Shown: positions 13,846 to 27,208, counted from the stretch's first letter. The stretch is DNA of 64,000 bases from Eledone cirrhosa (GCA_964016885.1 OZ024743.1:20584001-20648000), one strand, 5' to 3'. Numbers and translations are program-made. The notes: a model not told the origin generated them from the sequence alone.

Positions 13846-16790
13846 CTAGCCTGTATAGGTTGGCCACTGGTGTAAGAGGGAGTTTGTTGCTGCTGCCCTT
13901 AGGTTTCCCTCGTGTCTTGCTGTGGGCTCAACCGGGATCCTGGATAACAAGGTGTCGAGATGTTTCTTAAAGACATCCACCTCCACGTCATGCAAGTCTC
14001 TCAGATGCCTCGGCAGCCTGTTGAAGAGTTGAGGGCCCTTGAATCCCAGGCTATTGCAATACCTGCTCCTTATTCTAGATGTAGAAGACGGGACCTTTGG
14101 CACCACACAGTGACGTCCCGTTCGACGGTTGGTCCAGCTCCCAATGCCAAAGTTTGGTGCTAGTCCCTCCAGGATTTTCCACATGTAGATCACTGCGTAT
14201 CTCTCCCGTCTTCGCTCCAAGGAGTAGAGGTTCAGTTCCTTTAGCCTCTCCCAGTAGCTTGTCTCCCTCATCTTGGCAATCCTCTTGGTGTAGCTTTGCT
14301 GGATTGCCTCAAGCTCCGTGGTTAGTTTGACACTATGGGGTGACCACAACTGGGAGCAGTAGTCCAGGCGGCTTAGGACAAAAGTCCTCCACAGTGTCAA
14401 CATGGTGTCTCGATCTCTTGTTCGGAAAGTCCTCAAGATCCAGCCAGCGAGTTGTCTGCACGTTGTCGCCACTTTCATGTGTGAGGAAAAAGATGCATCA
14501 TCGCTCATGTCTATGCCCAGGTCTCGTATCGATTTTGACACGGGGATATCGGTCTCTCCTGGTCCTGTCTAGCTGTGTTCCACTATATTTGTGTTTGCAG
14601 GTTTGTATTCTAGGGCTTGGAATTTGCCAGCATTAAACTGCATGTTGTTTTCTTCCGCCCATCTGTATATGGCATCCAGATCCTGCTGTAAAAGGGCAGC
14701 GTCAGCCGGGTTTTTGATTGCCTGTGCTACCTTAGTGTCATCAGCATAGTTAGTGAGGGATGTTGTTGCATGCACCACAGAGGGCATGTCCGAGAGAGCC
14801 ACCAAAAACAGTAGTGGTCCCAGGACTGTCCCCTGGGGCACCCCACTTGTTATCGGTGTTTCCCTCGAGAGGGCCCCATTTGCTGCGACTGCTTTACTTC
14901 TGTCCCTTAGGAAGCCATGCAGCCACTCACCTACTTTTCCAGTTATGCCGAGTCCGTGTAGTTTGTGACATATCATTCCGTGGTCGACCTTGTCAAAGGC
15001 CTTCGCAAAGTCAAGATATATCACGTCCACATGTGAGCTGTCTAGTAGTTGTCTCAGTACCCAGTTGTAGTGATGTAGCAGCTGTGTAAGGCAGCTTCTT
15101 CCTGGGCGGAAGCCATGTTGCGTGCTAGTCAGGCGGTCATTTTCTTCGAGGAAAGTGATTAGTTTCTTTCTGACGACTCGCTCCATGACCTTACTGATAT
15201 GCGACGTCAGGGAGACTGGCCTATAGTTCTTGGCCTCCGATCTACTACCTCCTTTATGGATAGGGCATATTGTGCCTTCCTTCAGCTCCCTGGGTAGTAC
15301 ACCGCTAGCCAAGGAGCTTCTGAAGAGCATCTTCAGTGGAGTTGCTAAGGCCCGCTTACATATTTTTAAGAGAACTGCTGGGAATCCATCAGGTCCAGCA
15401 GCCGAGTCTGTTCTAATTTCATCAATGGCGTACACCACATCCTCCTCCGTTATGTCTATGTGGTTGATGGTTGCCATTTCTTGATGTAGTGTTGTGGCAT
15501 CAAAGAACTCCTCTGGCTTCGTTATTTGCATGTGCCTCAGTGGACATGTGAAGACACTTTTGTACTGTTCGTTCAGTATTTCACATATCTCTTGGGGGTT
15601 TTCGGTTAATGAACCGTCCGTGTGGAAGAGTGGCCCAATCTTGCAGTGTACTGAGGCAGTTCTTTTGCAAATTTAAAGAAGGCCTTAGGGTTTGTTTTAA
15701 TGTTTTCTATGGCCCTGTTCTCTTTCTTTGCCCTCTCATTCTCATGTGAAAGTTTGAGTGCAATCTTGGTGTCAAGTAGTGCACGTTTCAAATAGGATTC
15801 CTTCTTGGTTTTGTTTTGTTGACTATTCAACTGGTTTGAGAGTTTAGTTCTACGTCTCATAAGGATTTTCCTATCTCTGGGAATAAGATTTTTGTGTCTG
15901 TTTGCCTCTTTCTCCGGGACACACTTTTTGCATATGGTGTGTATCGTTGTCATGAAGTGTTGAAATTGTGTGTTAGTGTCTTGTGTGGCGGTGTTTTCAC
16001 TCCATGTTTGCTTCCGGATTTCACTCTTAATCTTTTTCCAGTTAGCCTTGTAGAAGTTAAGGCTGGATAGCGTCCCGGAGCTTCTTGGTGGTTTTGTCTC
16101 TGTTGGTTCTCTTGGACCACATATCATTAGCTCTACTAAGTTATGATCCGAGAGAATTGTTGGTGTCACCTTTACATTGTGGATGAGCACTTCGTTGTTT
16201 GTAAAACAGAGGTCCAGGACATTTTCGCCTCTTGTTGGGAGGAGTATTGCTTGCTCCATGAACAGCCTGTGTGTGAGGGCCAGCAGGGATTCCGTCTGTC
16301 TCTGTTCTATTGACGTCATTCCAGGGAGGAGGTGGCCCTCAGGCCATTTGACCTTTGGTAGGTTGAAGTCTCCCAGCAGTAGGATGTTGAGACCCTGGTC
16401 CAGTTTGTCAAGGACCTCTTCTATCCTACTTAGGCTATCCTCAAATTTACCCTCATGACTGGGGGCATCGGGCGGCCGATATGTGACACATATTACTGTC
16501 TGTAGTTGCTTCATATGTATTATCAGTGTGTCACAGATTGAGTTTGAATGTGTCAACAGTACAATTGGTGTTGACATCTTCACGGATATACAGAGCAACC
16601 CCACCATGAGTTCTCTCCTTCCTGTCCGAACGAAATACAGTATATTTCGGTATATGTATTTCTGCATCTGCTATACTGCTTGTCAGGTGCGTTTCGGTTA
16701 GTGCCATGCATAGTGCTTGATTGCTTATGGCTAAGTCTCCCAGGTAGGAAATTTTACTCATGTTACTCAGTTGAATTTCACCAGGCCCCT
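13846..16790 (-). pseudogene. LINE ORF2 (APE endonuclease + RT), broken into at least 4 frames
   Basis: ORF pieces 16531..16761, 15606..16667, 14569..15531 and 13846..14541. Confidence 0.9.
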
Positions 16791-16795
16791 GACAT

Positions 16796-17677
16796 TCAGC
16801 AGCAGCACTGGTGTGACTTTTGGGGTGCCAGTAATGGCTGTCGGTATGACACCTGGTCTGGTGTCAGCGGCGGCCACTCTGGGTCCCTTAACTGCGGTGG
16901 TCTCGAGTGCTGGTGTGGATGACCCTGGCTCTGGAGACGATGCAGCCAGGTCAGCTGTCCCACAATCTTCTCTGCCATCACTAAAAAATTTTTCTGATCT
17001 GCTGCTGCCATCTGTATCTCGTCGGCATGTGCGTGCCTTCTCCTTGTTGGTGCGGCACGCGCGACATCAGCATACTTCTGGAGCGGCTTATTTCGGCTTT
17101 GGCTGGGGCATGTTGCGCGAGTATGATGGGCATAGTTCGTTTGAGACCTAGGGTGGGCGAATCTGCATCCCATCCCTGTCTCTCAATGCCAGCATGTCTC
17201 GTTCTTGAAAAACTTGCACATTACTTGGGTTTTTTTGCTCCCAGTGTCTCGGTGCTTTCTGTTCTTCCTTTGAACAGTTGTCCACTGGTCCCTCTGCGCT
17301 TGGTTCTCCTTCGGAAGGTGATTTCGCTTTTCACCTTTGCCCTTTGCTTGTTGGTTGCCCGGCCTGCCCTCACTGCCTGTGGCGGAGGGTATATCATTTT
17401 CTTTCAGGTCCGTGCTTGTGCTCTCCTCCTTTTCCTTCTCCTTTTCCCTCTCCTTCTCCTCATCCCTCTCTTCGGTTTTCTCCTCCCTGAGGACACGGCT
17501 TAGCATCGCCATATGTGGCGCTATGAGGACATACGCCTTCTCAATTTCTTTTCTCTTTCTCTCTATCTGTGCCAGGGTCCTCAGAAACCCATGGCTCTTC
17601 AGGTTCTCCGCCATCTTTTTGCTTGGTGGAGACCCATCAGCCATGGTCCACCCCTTGATCAAAACCGCTAGTTCCAT
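16796..17677 (-). pseudogene. LINE ORF1 (coiled/charged region + CCCH-like finger), disrupted near 17180
   Basis: ORFs 17183..17710 and 16796..17173 join at the zinc finger. Confidence 0.6.
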
Positions 17678-17720
17678 CTTATATAGACACATATATATAT
17701 ATATACACACATATATATAT

Positions 17721-17968
17721 ATATTAACCTTGGTCTTCCTCTTCTAGTGTGTCCATGTAGGGGCTCCCAAAGGAGCACTGAATGCAATGTCAACTCTGGA
17801 TGTCGGTGAGCATGTCCAGCCAACCTCAGTCTCCTCTGTGTCACTGCCTAAGGACAGACACTGGTCTGTTGGAGATGCAGGATATGGCAGCGATAATGAG
17901 GGACAGAGACCGCTGGAGAGAACTCGTCCATGGATCTCGGGAATTTTACCCGCCTTAGATAGATAGAT
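17721..17968 (+). mobile_element. RTEX-like LINE 3' fragment with a 5' inversion and (TAGA)n tail
   Basis: Minus 17721-17855 encodes QRRLRLAGHAHRHPEL..VLLWEPLHGHTRRGRPRLIY; plus 17857-17959 encodes DTGLLEMQDMAAIMRDRDRWRELVHGSREFYPP*. The same tail is at 62355. Confidence 0.75.
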
Positions 17969-17997
17969 ATATATATGTATTTTCTTTATATATGTAT

Positions 17998-19045
17998 ATA
18001 TTTATAACAAGATGCATCCTTTCATGTATGGCCCATTGTGTATCTTTTTATGATTTTGTGTGTATATTCTTTTTATCATCATCATCGTTTAACGTCCATC
18101 TTCCACGCTAGCATGGGTTTGGGCGGGAATTTTCCCACTTGAGGCAAGATTGGTTGTCTTGCTCGTATAGGGCTGTCTGGCGGGTTTTCTACGGCTGGAT
18201 GCCCTTCCTAACACCAACCACATTTACAGTGTATATATATATATATATATATATATACACGCATATATATATATATTGTTATGTGGGTGTGTATGTGAAT
18301 ATGCGCATAGTTGTATGTATATGCGCCAGTGTGTGTGTGTACAAGCACCCGTGTTGGGAAAGGGCTTGTTTGTGTGTATATATGTGTGTTTGCGCGCGAG
18401 TGTGTACCTGTGTGTGTATATATGTATATGGGTACGTGTATATGTGTGTGCGTGGGTGGAGGAGGGTCTATGTATATGTCTGAAGTGTTTGTGTGTACGG
18501 GTATATATACATGTGTGCACATGTATGTGTGTGAGTATGTTGATGTATATAGGCATGTGGGTATGTGTCTGTGTGTGCGTGCCTCTCTGGATGCATGTAT
18601 GCATATATTAATATGTTCTCCTTAAATGTGTGTGTATAGCGAGCGACTATGTGTATGACTGTAATTATGTGTGTGTGTGCGCGTGCGTGGATGTGTGAAC
18701 AACCAAACACAGCAGTAATTTATTGAAGTGTAGCAGACATGGGACAGCTAACGCCCTGACGGTTAGCGGACTTACCTGTGGTCAGAATTATGATGACGTG
18801 GACAACCAGCAGCCAATCACAGGATGCGCGAAGAGGATGAAGTTTTTGACTGTACTAGCCCAGAGGGTCAGATACCCCAGTGAGAGAATATGCTTCGAAA
18901 TTATTAGATGTGTCCGTCGAATCTTCGGGTCCAGATCAGACACATCCACACAATGATCACGTCTTGTGCTGTCTGCCAGGGAAACAATTGTAACACACAA
19001 TAAATTGAGTTCAGATGCATCACTGATTTTTCGTTCTCTATTCTA
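17998..19045 (-). mobile_element. Second copy of the unclassified non-coding repeat (see 2273)
   Basis: Reverse-complement match to 2273-2828 + 4821-5135; interrupted by 18076-18232. Confidence 0.75.
18076..18232 (-). mobile_element. RTE-A-related 3' tail fragment
   Basis: (CAT)n-cgtttaacgtcc...ggatgcccttcctaacaccaacc. Confidence 0.8.
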
Positions 19046-19282
19046 TATATATATATAATGTACAAATCTAAATGGACACCAACTAACATAATTCATATGA
19101 CTGGTCAAAAATAAACTGCTATTGATTATCATTCATTTTTCATCCTCTCAGAAAATGCAGCCAACATATTTTAAGATGGATTAATAATGTTACTTTATAC
19201 AAGAATCCATATAACATTCTACAACAATAAAGTGTCAACCATCCTTAAACTTTACTCTAAATATAGGTATAGTGTATAATTA

Positions 19283-19320
<38 letters not shown>

Positions 19321-19325
<5 letters not shown>

Positions 19326-19689
19326 AGATCAAAAGATGGTTAAAGGAGTTCCATGTATTTTATTATGCGCATTTCAAAAACAAACATCATCATGCAATAA
19401 TATTTGTGTTTTCATCAGATAAAACAGGAGAACATGATATGAAGGCTAAAAAACACTTGTGGATAGTGCAGTTTTAAATCAACATATCATGTTCTCCTGT
19501 TTTATCTGATGAAAACACAAATATTATTGCATGATGATGTTTGTTTTTGAAATGCGCATAATAAAATACATGGAACTCCTTTAACCATCTTTTGATCTTA
19601 TATTATGTATACTCCAGTCCTACAAACTGTAGAGTGCCTCTTATCCGATATCTGCATTGCTTTATTGTACTACAATAAAACTCACCTCC

Positions 19690-19692
<3 letters not shown>
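19321..19692. mobile_element. P1 terminal repeat as a head-to-head palindrome; HHR on both strands (19356-19426 minus, 19498-19568 plus)
   Basis: Minus copy 19321-19487 joins plus copy 19483-19692 at CATAT microhomology; both arms share the variant ctcctGttttat. Confidence 0.85.
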
Positions 19693-19726
<34 letters not shown>

Positions 19727-20607
19727 CCTAGCTATCTCCATGGACAAAGAACTTAGCATATCCTGTACGTTTTCCTGTAGCAGATACGTTTTCAGAGACA
19801 AAATATCTTATCCTAATACTTCCTATTCCCCCAAAGTGATCTATATGAACAATAGATTTGAATTTGCACTGACAACACTTGTTAATGTTATGATACTCCT
19901 TCTGCTTCAATGTGAGATTTGTTTATTTATTTGGTACGTACCTAATTTCATCTGTACTGTGCCATTGGAAATTAAGGAATGAGAATACAAGGTAACATCT
20001 GCAAATCCTCTAATTGTTTACCTACTTTTTCTAACTTAAGTTTCTTTAGTTTCATACATGAATATACCTGTGTCATTGTTTAGAATTTATTAGAATTAAT
20101 TTCTTTATATAATTTTATATTGTCAATTTAATTTTTGTCTGTTCACAAGTATAATGATAAATTCAAATGAAATAAAATATTTTAAAAGTTTTATTTGGCA
20201 ATAAATTTTATTATTACCTGCCAGTATGAACATCAATGGAGAGAAGTTGATAATATGATATTCTCAATTAAATTTTAGAAAAGTTATAGCAATTACTTTT
20301 GTGACAGAATCAATAGAAACTGAAATTTATATATGTTAACAATAAAATTCACAACATAGAATATATGTTGATACATAAAGCAGCTGAGTATGTAAGTCAA
20401 ATTCCCAGAAATCCCATTATGACCTTCAAAAGAAAACCCTTTATATATGTAAATCATTATCATCATCATCGTACGTTCATTTTCCCTTCTAAAAAGAATT
20501 TGACAGGGCATAGCAAAGATTATGATCACCCAGACGAACCAGGGGCCCCAATATCATTTACATACATTATTGCACTCTACAAGATTGCTCAGATATATAT
20601 ATATATA

Positions 20608-20990
20608 TCATCATCATCATCATTTTACGTCCACTTTTCCCTGGTTGCAAGGGTGGGACGGAACTGATTCTGGCTTGATTTCTACAGCTGAATGCCCTTC
20701 CTAACACCAACCTCATTTACATTGAGTGGTTGGTGCTTTTTTTGTGGCGCCTACACGTTCACTTTACAGTGTGGGCTGGTTGCTTTTTTGCCATGGCACC
20801 TCCACGACCACTTTGCAGTGGAATGATAGGGATCCCAGTCCTATCATCTCATTTCTACAGCTGAGTAAACTGGAGCAATGTGAAATAAAGTGTTTTGATC
20901 AAGGAAACAACACATCACGCGGTCTGAGAATTGAACTCACAACCTTTCGATTGCAAGGCCAATCCTCTAACCACTAATCCATGTGCCTCC
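20608..20990 (-). mobile_element. SINE family 1 copy
   Basis: Reverse complement of 709-1100 including A/B boxes and (TGA)n tail. Confidence 0.85.
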
Positions 20991-21018
20991 ATTATATATA
21001 TATATATATATATATATA

Positions 21019-24000
21019 AATTAATAAAAATAATGCCAAAGTTAAAGTCAAATTCACCTCGTGGACGACAATGCGAGCACTCCTCTTTGTTTCGTCCGCG
21101 GATGGCTAACATAACCCCATCTCCCCCCGCCCCCCACCGCCCCCACCCTCCAAACGCAATCCAAAACTTCAGTGTTGGTACCATAAATGTAGGCACCCTA
21201 AAGGGTCGCGCTAACGAGGTTGTAGAAATGCTTGAACGTAAGGAGGTCGATGTTTGTTGTATTCAAGAGACCAGGTGGAGGGGTGGGTCTGCTAGATTCA
21301 TTGAGAGTAAAAAACGATGTTATAAGCTTTTCTGGGTGGGAAACGACGATGGGCTGGGTGGAGTAGGAATCATGGTAGCAGAAAAGTGGGCAGATAAGAT
21401 AATAGACGTAAATAGAGTGAACGACAGAATAATTAAAATACGACTTGTCCTCAATAGAACTACGGTGACAGTAATATCTGCGTACGCACCCCAATCCGGA
21501 CTGCCCGGCACTATAAAAGACAGATTCTATGAGACACTGTTGCTAACTACCTCCCAAATATCTGACAGTGACTATATAATTATTGCAGGCGACCTAAATG
21601 GTCACGTTGGACAACATTGTGACGGCTACGACGAAATCCATGGAGGCTATAGGTTTGGTACTAGAAATGAGGAAGGCTCCAGAATCCTGGAATTCTGTGA
21701 TGCAAATAACCTAACTATCTGTAACACTAACTTCAAAAAACGGGACAATCACCTGATCACCTATAGATCCGGGGAACACACAAGCCAGGTAGATTATATC
21801 CTTACCAGAAGACGTGACAGAGTGTCTGTTGTAAACACTAAATCCCTCCCCCATGAAGAATGCACCTCCCAACATAGACTGATAATTAGCGACCTCATAG
21901 TCAGGACGAGACGTACTCAACAGCAGAAGAGGACTATCCTCAGGAGAAAAATATGGAAGCTAAAGGACACAGCCAGAAATAAATTTCAAAGCATATTACT
22001 TGATGCTTTCGACAGTAAGGAAGAACATTTAGAGTCGGACAATATAGAGGGACAGTGGGAATTTCTGAAAGCAAACCTGCTGTTGGCGACAGACGAAGTC
22101 TGTGGCTGGAGCAGGCCTGTAGGCAGGAGGAGAGTAACATGGTGGTGGAACAGTAAGGTGGAGGGGTCAATTAAGGCCAAAAAGCAGGCTTGGAAAGTAT
22201 GGCGGGATGGGGAAGTAGAGTAGACTATCAAGTGGCCAGGAGGGAAGCTAGGAGAGAAGTGTACTTAGCAAGAAGGGAAGCTGAGGAAAGAAAGTTCAAG
22301 CATGTTCTACAACGCGATGACCAAAAACGTGAGGTGTTCAGGATTGCTAGGCAATGCGTCAAGGAAAACCGTGATATTGTCGAGGAGAAGTGTGTACAAA
22401 ACGACGATGGCACACTTGCCATCAATGACGCTGATAAGAAGGTAGCTTGGAAGTGTCACTATGAAAGGCTACTAAATGAGGAGAATAAATGGGAGAAAGA
22501 CAGTCTCCCCCATATCGACCCAATAGAGGGACCAGCAGTGTTAGTCGAGGGGAGTATAATAAGTAAGGCAATCAAGGATATGAAGACGGGTAAGGCGGCT
22601 GGGCCTTCGGAAATAGTTGCTGAGATGCTGAAGGCATCTGGCACGGTGGGACACACCATGGTCACCCGCATAGTTAACCAAGTCGTACAGAATGGGGTTG
22701 TTCCGAAGGACTGGCATAGCAGCATCATCGTTAACTGTTATAAGGGTAAAGGAGACGCCCTAGATAGGAGTAACTATAGAGGCATTAAATTAATCGACCA
22801 GGTCATGAAGGTCACGGAAAAAGTAATAGCGCAACTAATCAGAGAGAGAATTGACCTAGATGAAATGCAGTTCGGGTTTGTGTCAGGCAAAAGTACCACA
22901 GACGCTCTTTTCATAGTACGACAACTACAGGAGAAGTACCTAGCTAAAGGTAAACCCCTCTACTTAGCTTTTGTCGACTTGGAGAAAGCCTTCGACAGAG
23001 TCCCCCGCTCCATTATCTGGTGGGCTCTTAGAAAACTAGGCGTTGACGAATGGCTTGTGAGGGCTATACAAGCCATGTATAAAGAAACAGTCAGCAAGGT
23101 TAGAATTAACAACGAATATAGTGAAGAGTTTAGCGTAAAAGTTGGCGTCCATCAGGGCTCTGTTCTCAGCCCCCTACTATTTATTATTGCCCTTCAGGCT
23201 ATAACAGAGGAGTTCAAGACAGGCTGCCCATGGGAACTCCTATACGCAGACGACCTGACACTCATAGCGGAATCAATGGCCGAGCTAGAGAAGAAATTCC
23301 AAACATGGAAGCACGGCCTAGAGTCAAAAGGACTTAAAATTAACCTGGCTAAGACCAAAGTTCTAGTTTGTAGGAAAGAAAACAAGGCGGCGGTCCCTTC
23401 TGGGAAATGGTCGTGCTCGGTGTGTAGGAAAGGCGTAGGTAGAAACTCCATTTTATGTCCTAAATGCAAAGTATGGGTGCATAAAAGATGTAGTGGGATC
23501 ACAGGTAAGCTAACTAACAACATAGATTTTACATGTGGCCGGTGTTCTGGTGCAATAAGTAGCAGCAAGTGCCCACAAAATACTAGCTCTTTCAATTGCG
23601 CAGAGGGTTCTATAGAAATAATGGACAGCTTCCGTTACCTGGGCGATAAAATCAGCAGTGGGGGAGGGTGCTCTGAAAGTACTGTAGCTAGAGTCAGAAC
23701 TGGTTGGAAAAAGTTCAGAGAGCTTATACCACTATTAGCTGCTAAAGGGTTCTCCCTAAAAATGAAAGGCAGGTTGTACGATGCCTGCATACGAACAGCA
23801 ATGTTGCATGGCAGTGAGACCTGGGCATTGTTTGCAGAGGATATACGCAGACTAGAGAGGAACGAAGCTTGCATGCTCCGCTGGATGTGTAACAGTAATA
23901 TACGTGAATGGCAAAGCAGAAACGAACTAAGGAAAAAATTATAGATAAGAGGGATCAGATGTTGTTTACTCGAGAGAAGGCTACGTTGGTATGGACACGT

Positions 24001-24585
24001 GATGCGCATGAAAGTCGATAGCTGTATAACAAAGTGCAGGGCAATAAAGATAGACGGTAGTCACGGAATAGGCAGACCTAGAAAAACCTGGGACGAGCTG
24101 ATAAACTCCGACATCACACACTTACACCTCTCCAAGACAATGTCACTGGACCGAGACCTTTGGCGGTACTCAGTAACAGAGAAGACCCGCCTTACCTAAA
24201 TATATAGTAAAACCTACTCCAGCCAGTAGGCATCTCTAACAAAATACACCCCGTCCCACCACCCCCACCCCATCCACACCACCCCGTTCTATGTAAAGTT
24301 ATGTTGGTGCCGCGCCATCCAGGCCGAAACAAATGAGATCGTGTAGGTGTCACGACAAAAAAACACACAGTCCATGCTGTAATGTGGCCGTGTAGGCAGC
24401 ACCGTAAAAACCTCCCAGACCCACACTGTAAATGTGGTTGGTGTTAGGAAGGGCATCCAACTGTAGAAAACCTGCCAGACAGTCCTATGCGAGCAAGACA
24501 ATCACTCTTGCCTCAAGTGGGACTACCCCCGTCCAAAACCATGCAAGCGTGGAACACGGACGTTAAACGTTGATGATGATGATGA
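21019..24585 (+). mobile_element. Near full-length RTE-clade LINE (RTE-A)
   Basis: APE + RT + ~390-bp 3' UTR + (TGA)n tail. Confidence 0.92.
21033..24199 (+). pseudogene. RTE ORF (APE - RT - PHD-like finger); frameshift at ~22210 and stop at 23942
   Basis: GTINVGTL, CIQETRW, SAYAPQ, AGDLNGHVG, QVDYIL, SQHRL; then [21 protein letters not shown]; C-terminal GRPRKTW..DRDLWR. Confidence 0.92.
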
Positions 24586-25055
24586 ATGAATAAAAACAAA
24601 GAAACAGTTCCTTATATTAAAAAATTCATCGTTTTACGATCGTTTCTAGGATATATGTGTGTGTTGGTATGTATATCATAGATCTATGTAAAATTTTTAC
24701 AAACTATCAGAGGGAATATACATACCTACACATATATATATGCTGTCTTCAGAAATAATGATACTTGTTTATTGAAACAAACCAACAAAGATTTAATATA
24801 ATAGGTCTGTTTGGGAACAGGTTTTTGAATTGACCAATAGAAAGGTAGTAAGTGGTCAAGATGGTAGAATAGTAGTAATGGAACTTTAATTTAGGGCTAG
24901 AGGAAAGAAGTTTCAGTTTTGAATGGAAAGAGTATATTGAATGAAAAGATTATTTTGGAGATGAAAATAGGTCAAGTCGGTAAAAGGTACACGAAAATTT
25001 GATGTTATAAAAGAATAATGCTAATGTAAATATCTAAGGAGAATAAAATTTTACG

Positions 25056-25098
25056 ATATATATAGACATGTATATATATATATATATATATACAGTCT

Positions 25099-25130
<32 letters not shown>

Positions 25131-25267
25131 ATATATATATATGTATATATACATGTATATATGTATATATATATACATGTATATATGTATATATATATAC
25201 ATGTATATATGTATATATATATACATGTATATATGTATATATATATATATATATATACATGTATATA
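25056..25267. repeat. (TA)n array with palindromic TACATGTA units
   Basis: Direct reading. Confidence 0.9.
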
Positions 25268-26058
25268 CATCATCATCATCATCATCATCAACGTTTAACG
25301 TCCGTGTTCCACGTTTGCATGGGTTTGGACGGGGGTATTCCCACTTGAGACAAGAGTGATTGTCTTGCTCGCATAGGACTGTCTGGCAGGTTTTCTACAG
25401 TTGGATGCCCTTCCTAACACCAACCACATTTACAGTGTGGGTCTGGGAGGTTTTTACCGTGTTGCCTACACGGCCACATTACAGCGTGGACTGTGTGTTT
25501 TTTGTCGTGACACCTACACGATCTCATTTGTTTCGTCCTGGATGGTGTGGCACCAACATAACTTTACATAGAAGGGGGTGGTGTGGATGGGGTGGGGGTG
25601 GTGGGATGGGGTGTATTTTGTTCGAGATCCTACTGACTGTAGTAGGTTTTACTATGTATTTAGATAAGGCGGGTCTTCTTTATTACTGAGTACCGCCAAA
25701 GGTCTCGGTCCAGTGACATTGTCTTGGAGAGGAGTAAGTGTGTGAGGTCGGAGTTTATCAGCTCGTCTCAGGTTTTTCTAGGTCTGCCTATTCCGTGGCT
25801 ACCGTCTATCTTTATTGCCCTGCACTTTGTTATACAGCTATCGACTTTCATGTGCATCACGTGTCCATACCAACGTAGCCTTCTCTCGAGTAAACAACAT
25901 CTGATCCCTCTTATTTCTAATTTTTTCCTTAGTTCGTTTATGCTTTGCCGTTCACGTATATTAGTATTACACATCCAGCGGAGCATGCAAGCTTCGTTCC
26001 TCTCTAGTCTGCGTATATCCTCTGCACACAATGCCCAGGTCTCACTGCCATGCAACAT
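25268..26058 (-). mobile_element. 5'-truncated RTE-A 3' fragment
   Basis: MLHGSETW...GRPRKT*, 3' UTR and (TGA)n on minus. Confidence 0.9.
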
Positions 26059-26070
26059 GTATATATATAC

Positions 26071-27177
26071 ATGTAGGAGGTGAGTTTTATTGTAGTACAA
26101 TAAAGCAATGCAGATATCGGATAAGAAGCACTCTGCAGTTTGGAGGACTGGAGTATACATAATATATAAGATCAAAAGATGGTTAAAAGAGTTCCATGTA
26201 TTTTATTATGAGCTTTTCAAAAACAAATATCATCATGCAATAATATTTGTGTTTTCATCAGATAAAATAGGAAGACATGATATGAAGGTTAAAAACACTT
26301 GTGGATAGTGCAGTTTTAAATCAACATATGAAAAGTAGTTTTAGATTGATGTGTGATATTGGGGGGAAAAAAAATATTATTTTGAGGGGGGAGGTTGGAA
26401 AGGATGAAAAAGAGGAGGAGATGAGAGTAAAAAGTGGAGGGGGTGGAGTATAATGAGGAAGGATGAGATAGAATGAGAGATGGATGATAGAGAGAGAGAG
26501 ATAGCTTTTATAACTGAGAAAAATATATTGTTTTACATAGAGAGGTTGAAAAACCGTTGGAAGATAATGTATAAATTAAAAGAATTTGAAAATTAACGAA
26601 GAGAAAAATAATGTAAAGTTAAGGTTTGTATATTGAAGGGTTTAATAATATGTGCGATGAAAAGAAATTGTTAATATGTATTAAGAATAATATTTAAGGG
26701 TTTAATAATATGTGCGATGGAAAGAAAATGTTAATATGTATTAAGAATAATATTTAAGGGTTTAATAATATGTGCGATGGAAAGAAAATGTTGATATGTA
26801 TTATTAAAAAAAACGAAAGTAATGTAAGTAAGGATATATTGTGAGATGAGCATGAATAAGTTAGATGAAAGTGAGAAAAAAATAATGAATAGAGGATGAA
26901 TAATCTAATGTCAAAAAAAATGTTTATGTTTACGAAGGATTTTTTCAAGGTGATATAAAGTAAGAATATATTGTATTGTGTATAATTGTTTCTATGTTAG
27001 GCACAGTGAGAAAAGGTACAGATTAGGGGTTAGAAATTAAAAGAAAAAGAAAAGAAAAGGAAAAGGAAGAAAGGGAAGTGATAAATAGGAGTGATATAGA
27101 ATGAGTAACAAGTATTATATAATGTAGAAAAAATAACTTTGAAATAAGGTAGAAAGATGGGTATATTTTTAAAGAAG

Positions 27178-27208
<31 letters not shown>

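Larger units (their letters stand above)
13766..17680 (-). mobile_element. Near full-length CR1/L2-group LINE with frameshifts (ORF1 + APE-RT)
   Basis: ORF1 from ATG 17677 with CCCH-like CKFFKNETCWH..GCRFAHP; APE (ALTETHL, HGGVALY, YRPP, LGDFNLP, LDLCFTN, SDH); RT ([23 protein letters not shown]); 3' end ggcggtgccccagcatg...ctgaaacagg(taaaagag)n. Confidence 0.9.

Noticed and set aside
19942-19998. Possible 57-nt minus-strand host exon (TTTGCAG|...AG|GTACGT), open in two frames
   Set aside because: No polypyrimidine tract, no recognisable protein and no partner exons; it needs RNA-seq.
21024-24596. AATAAAAA as a target-site duplication of RTE-A
   Set aside because: Short and low-complexity in AT-rich DNA; it cannot be told from chance.
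26636-26800. Regular ~60-bp repeats, and the ~42-bp repeats in SINE 1, as CRISPR-like arrays
   Set aside because: They are plain tandem duplications without unique spacers, in a eukaryotic context with no cas genes.
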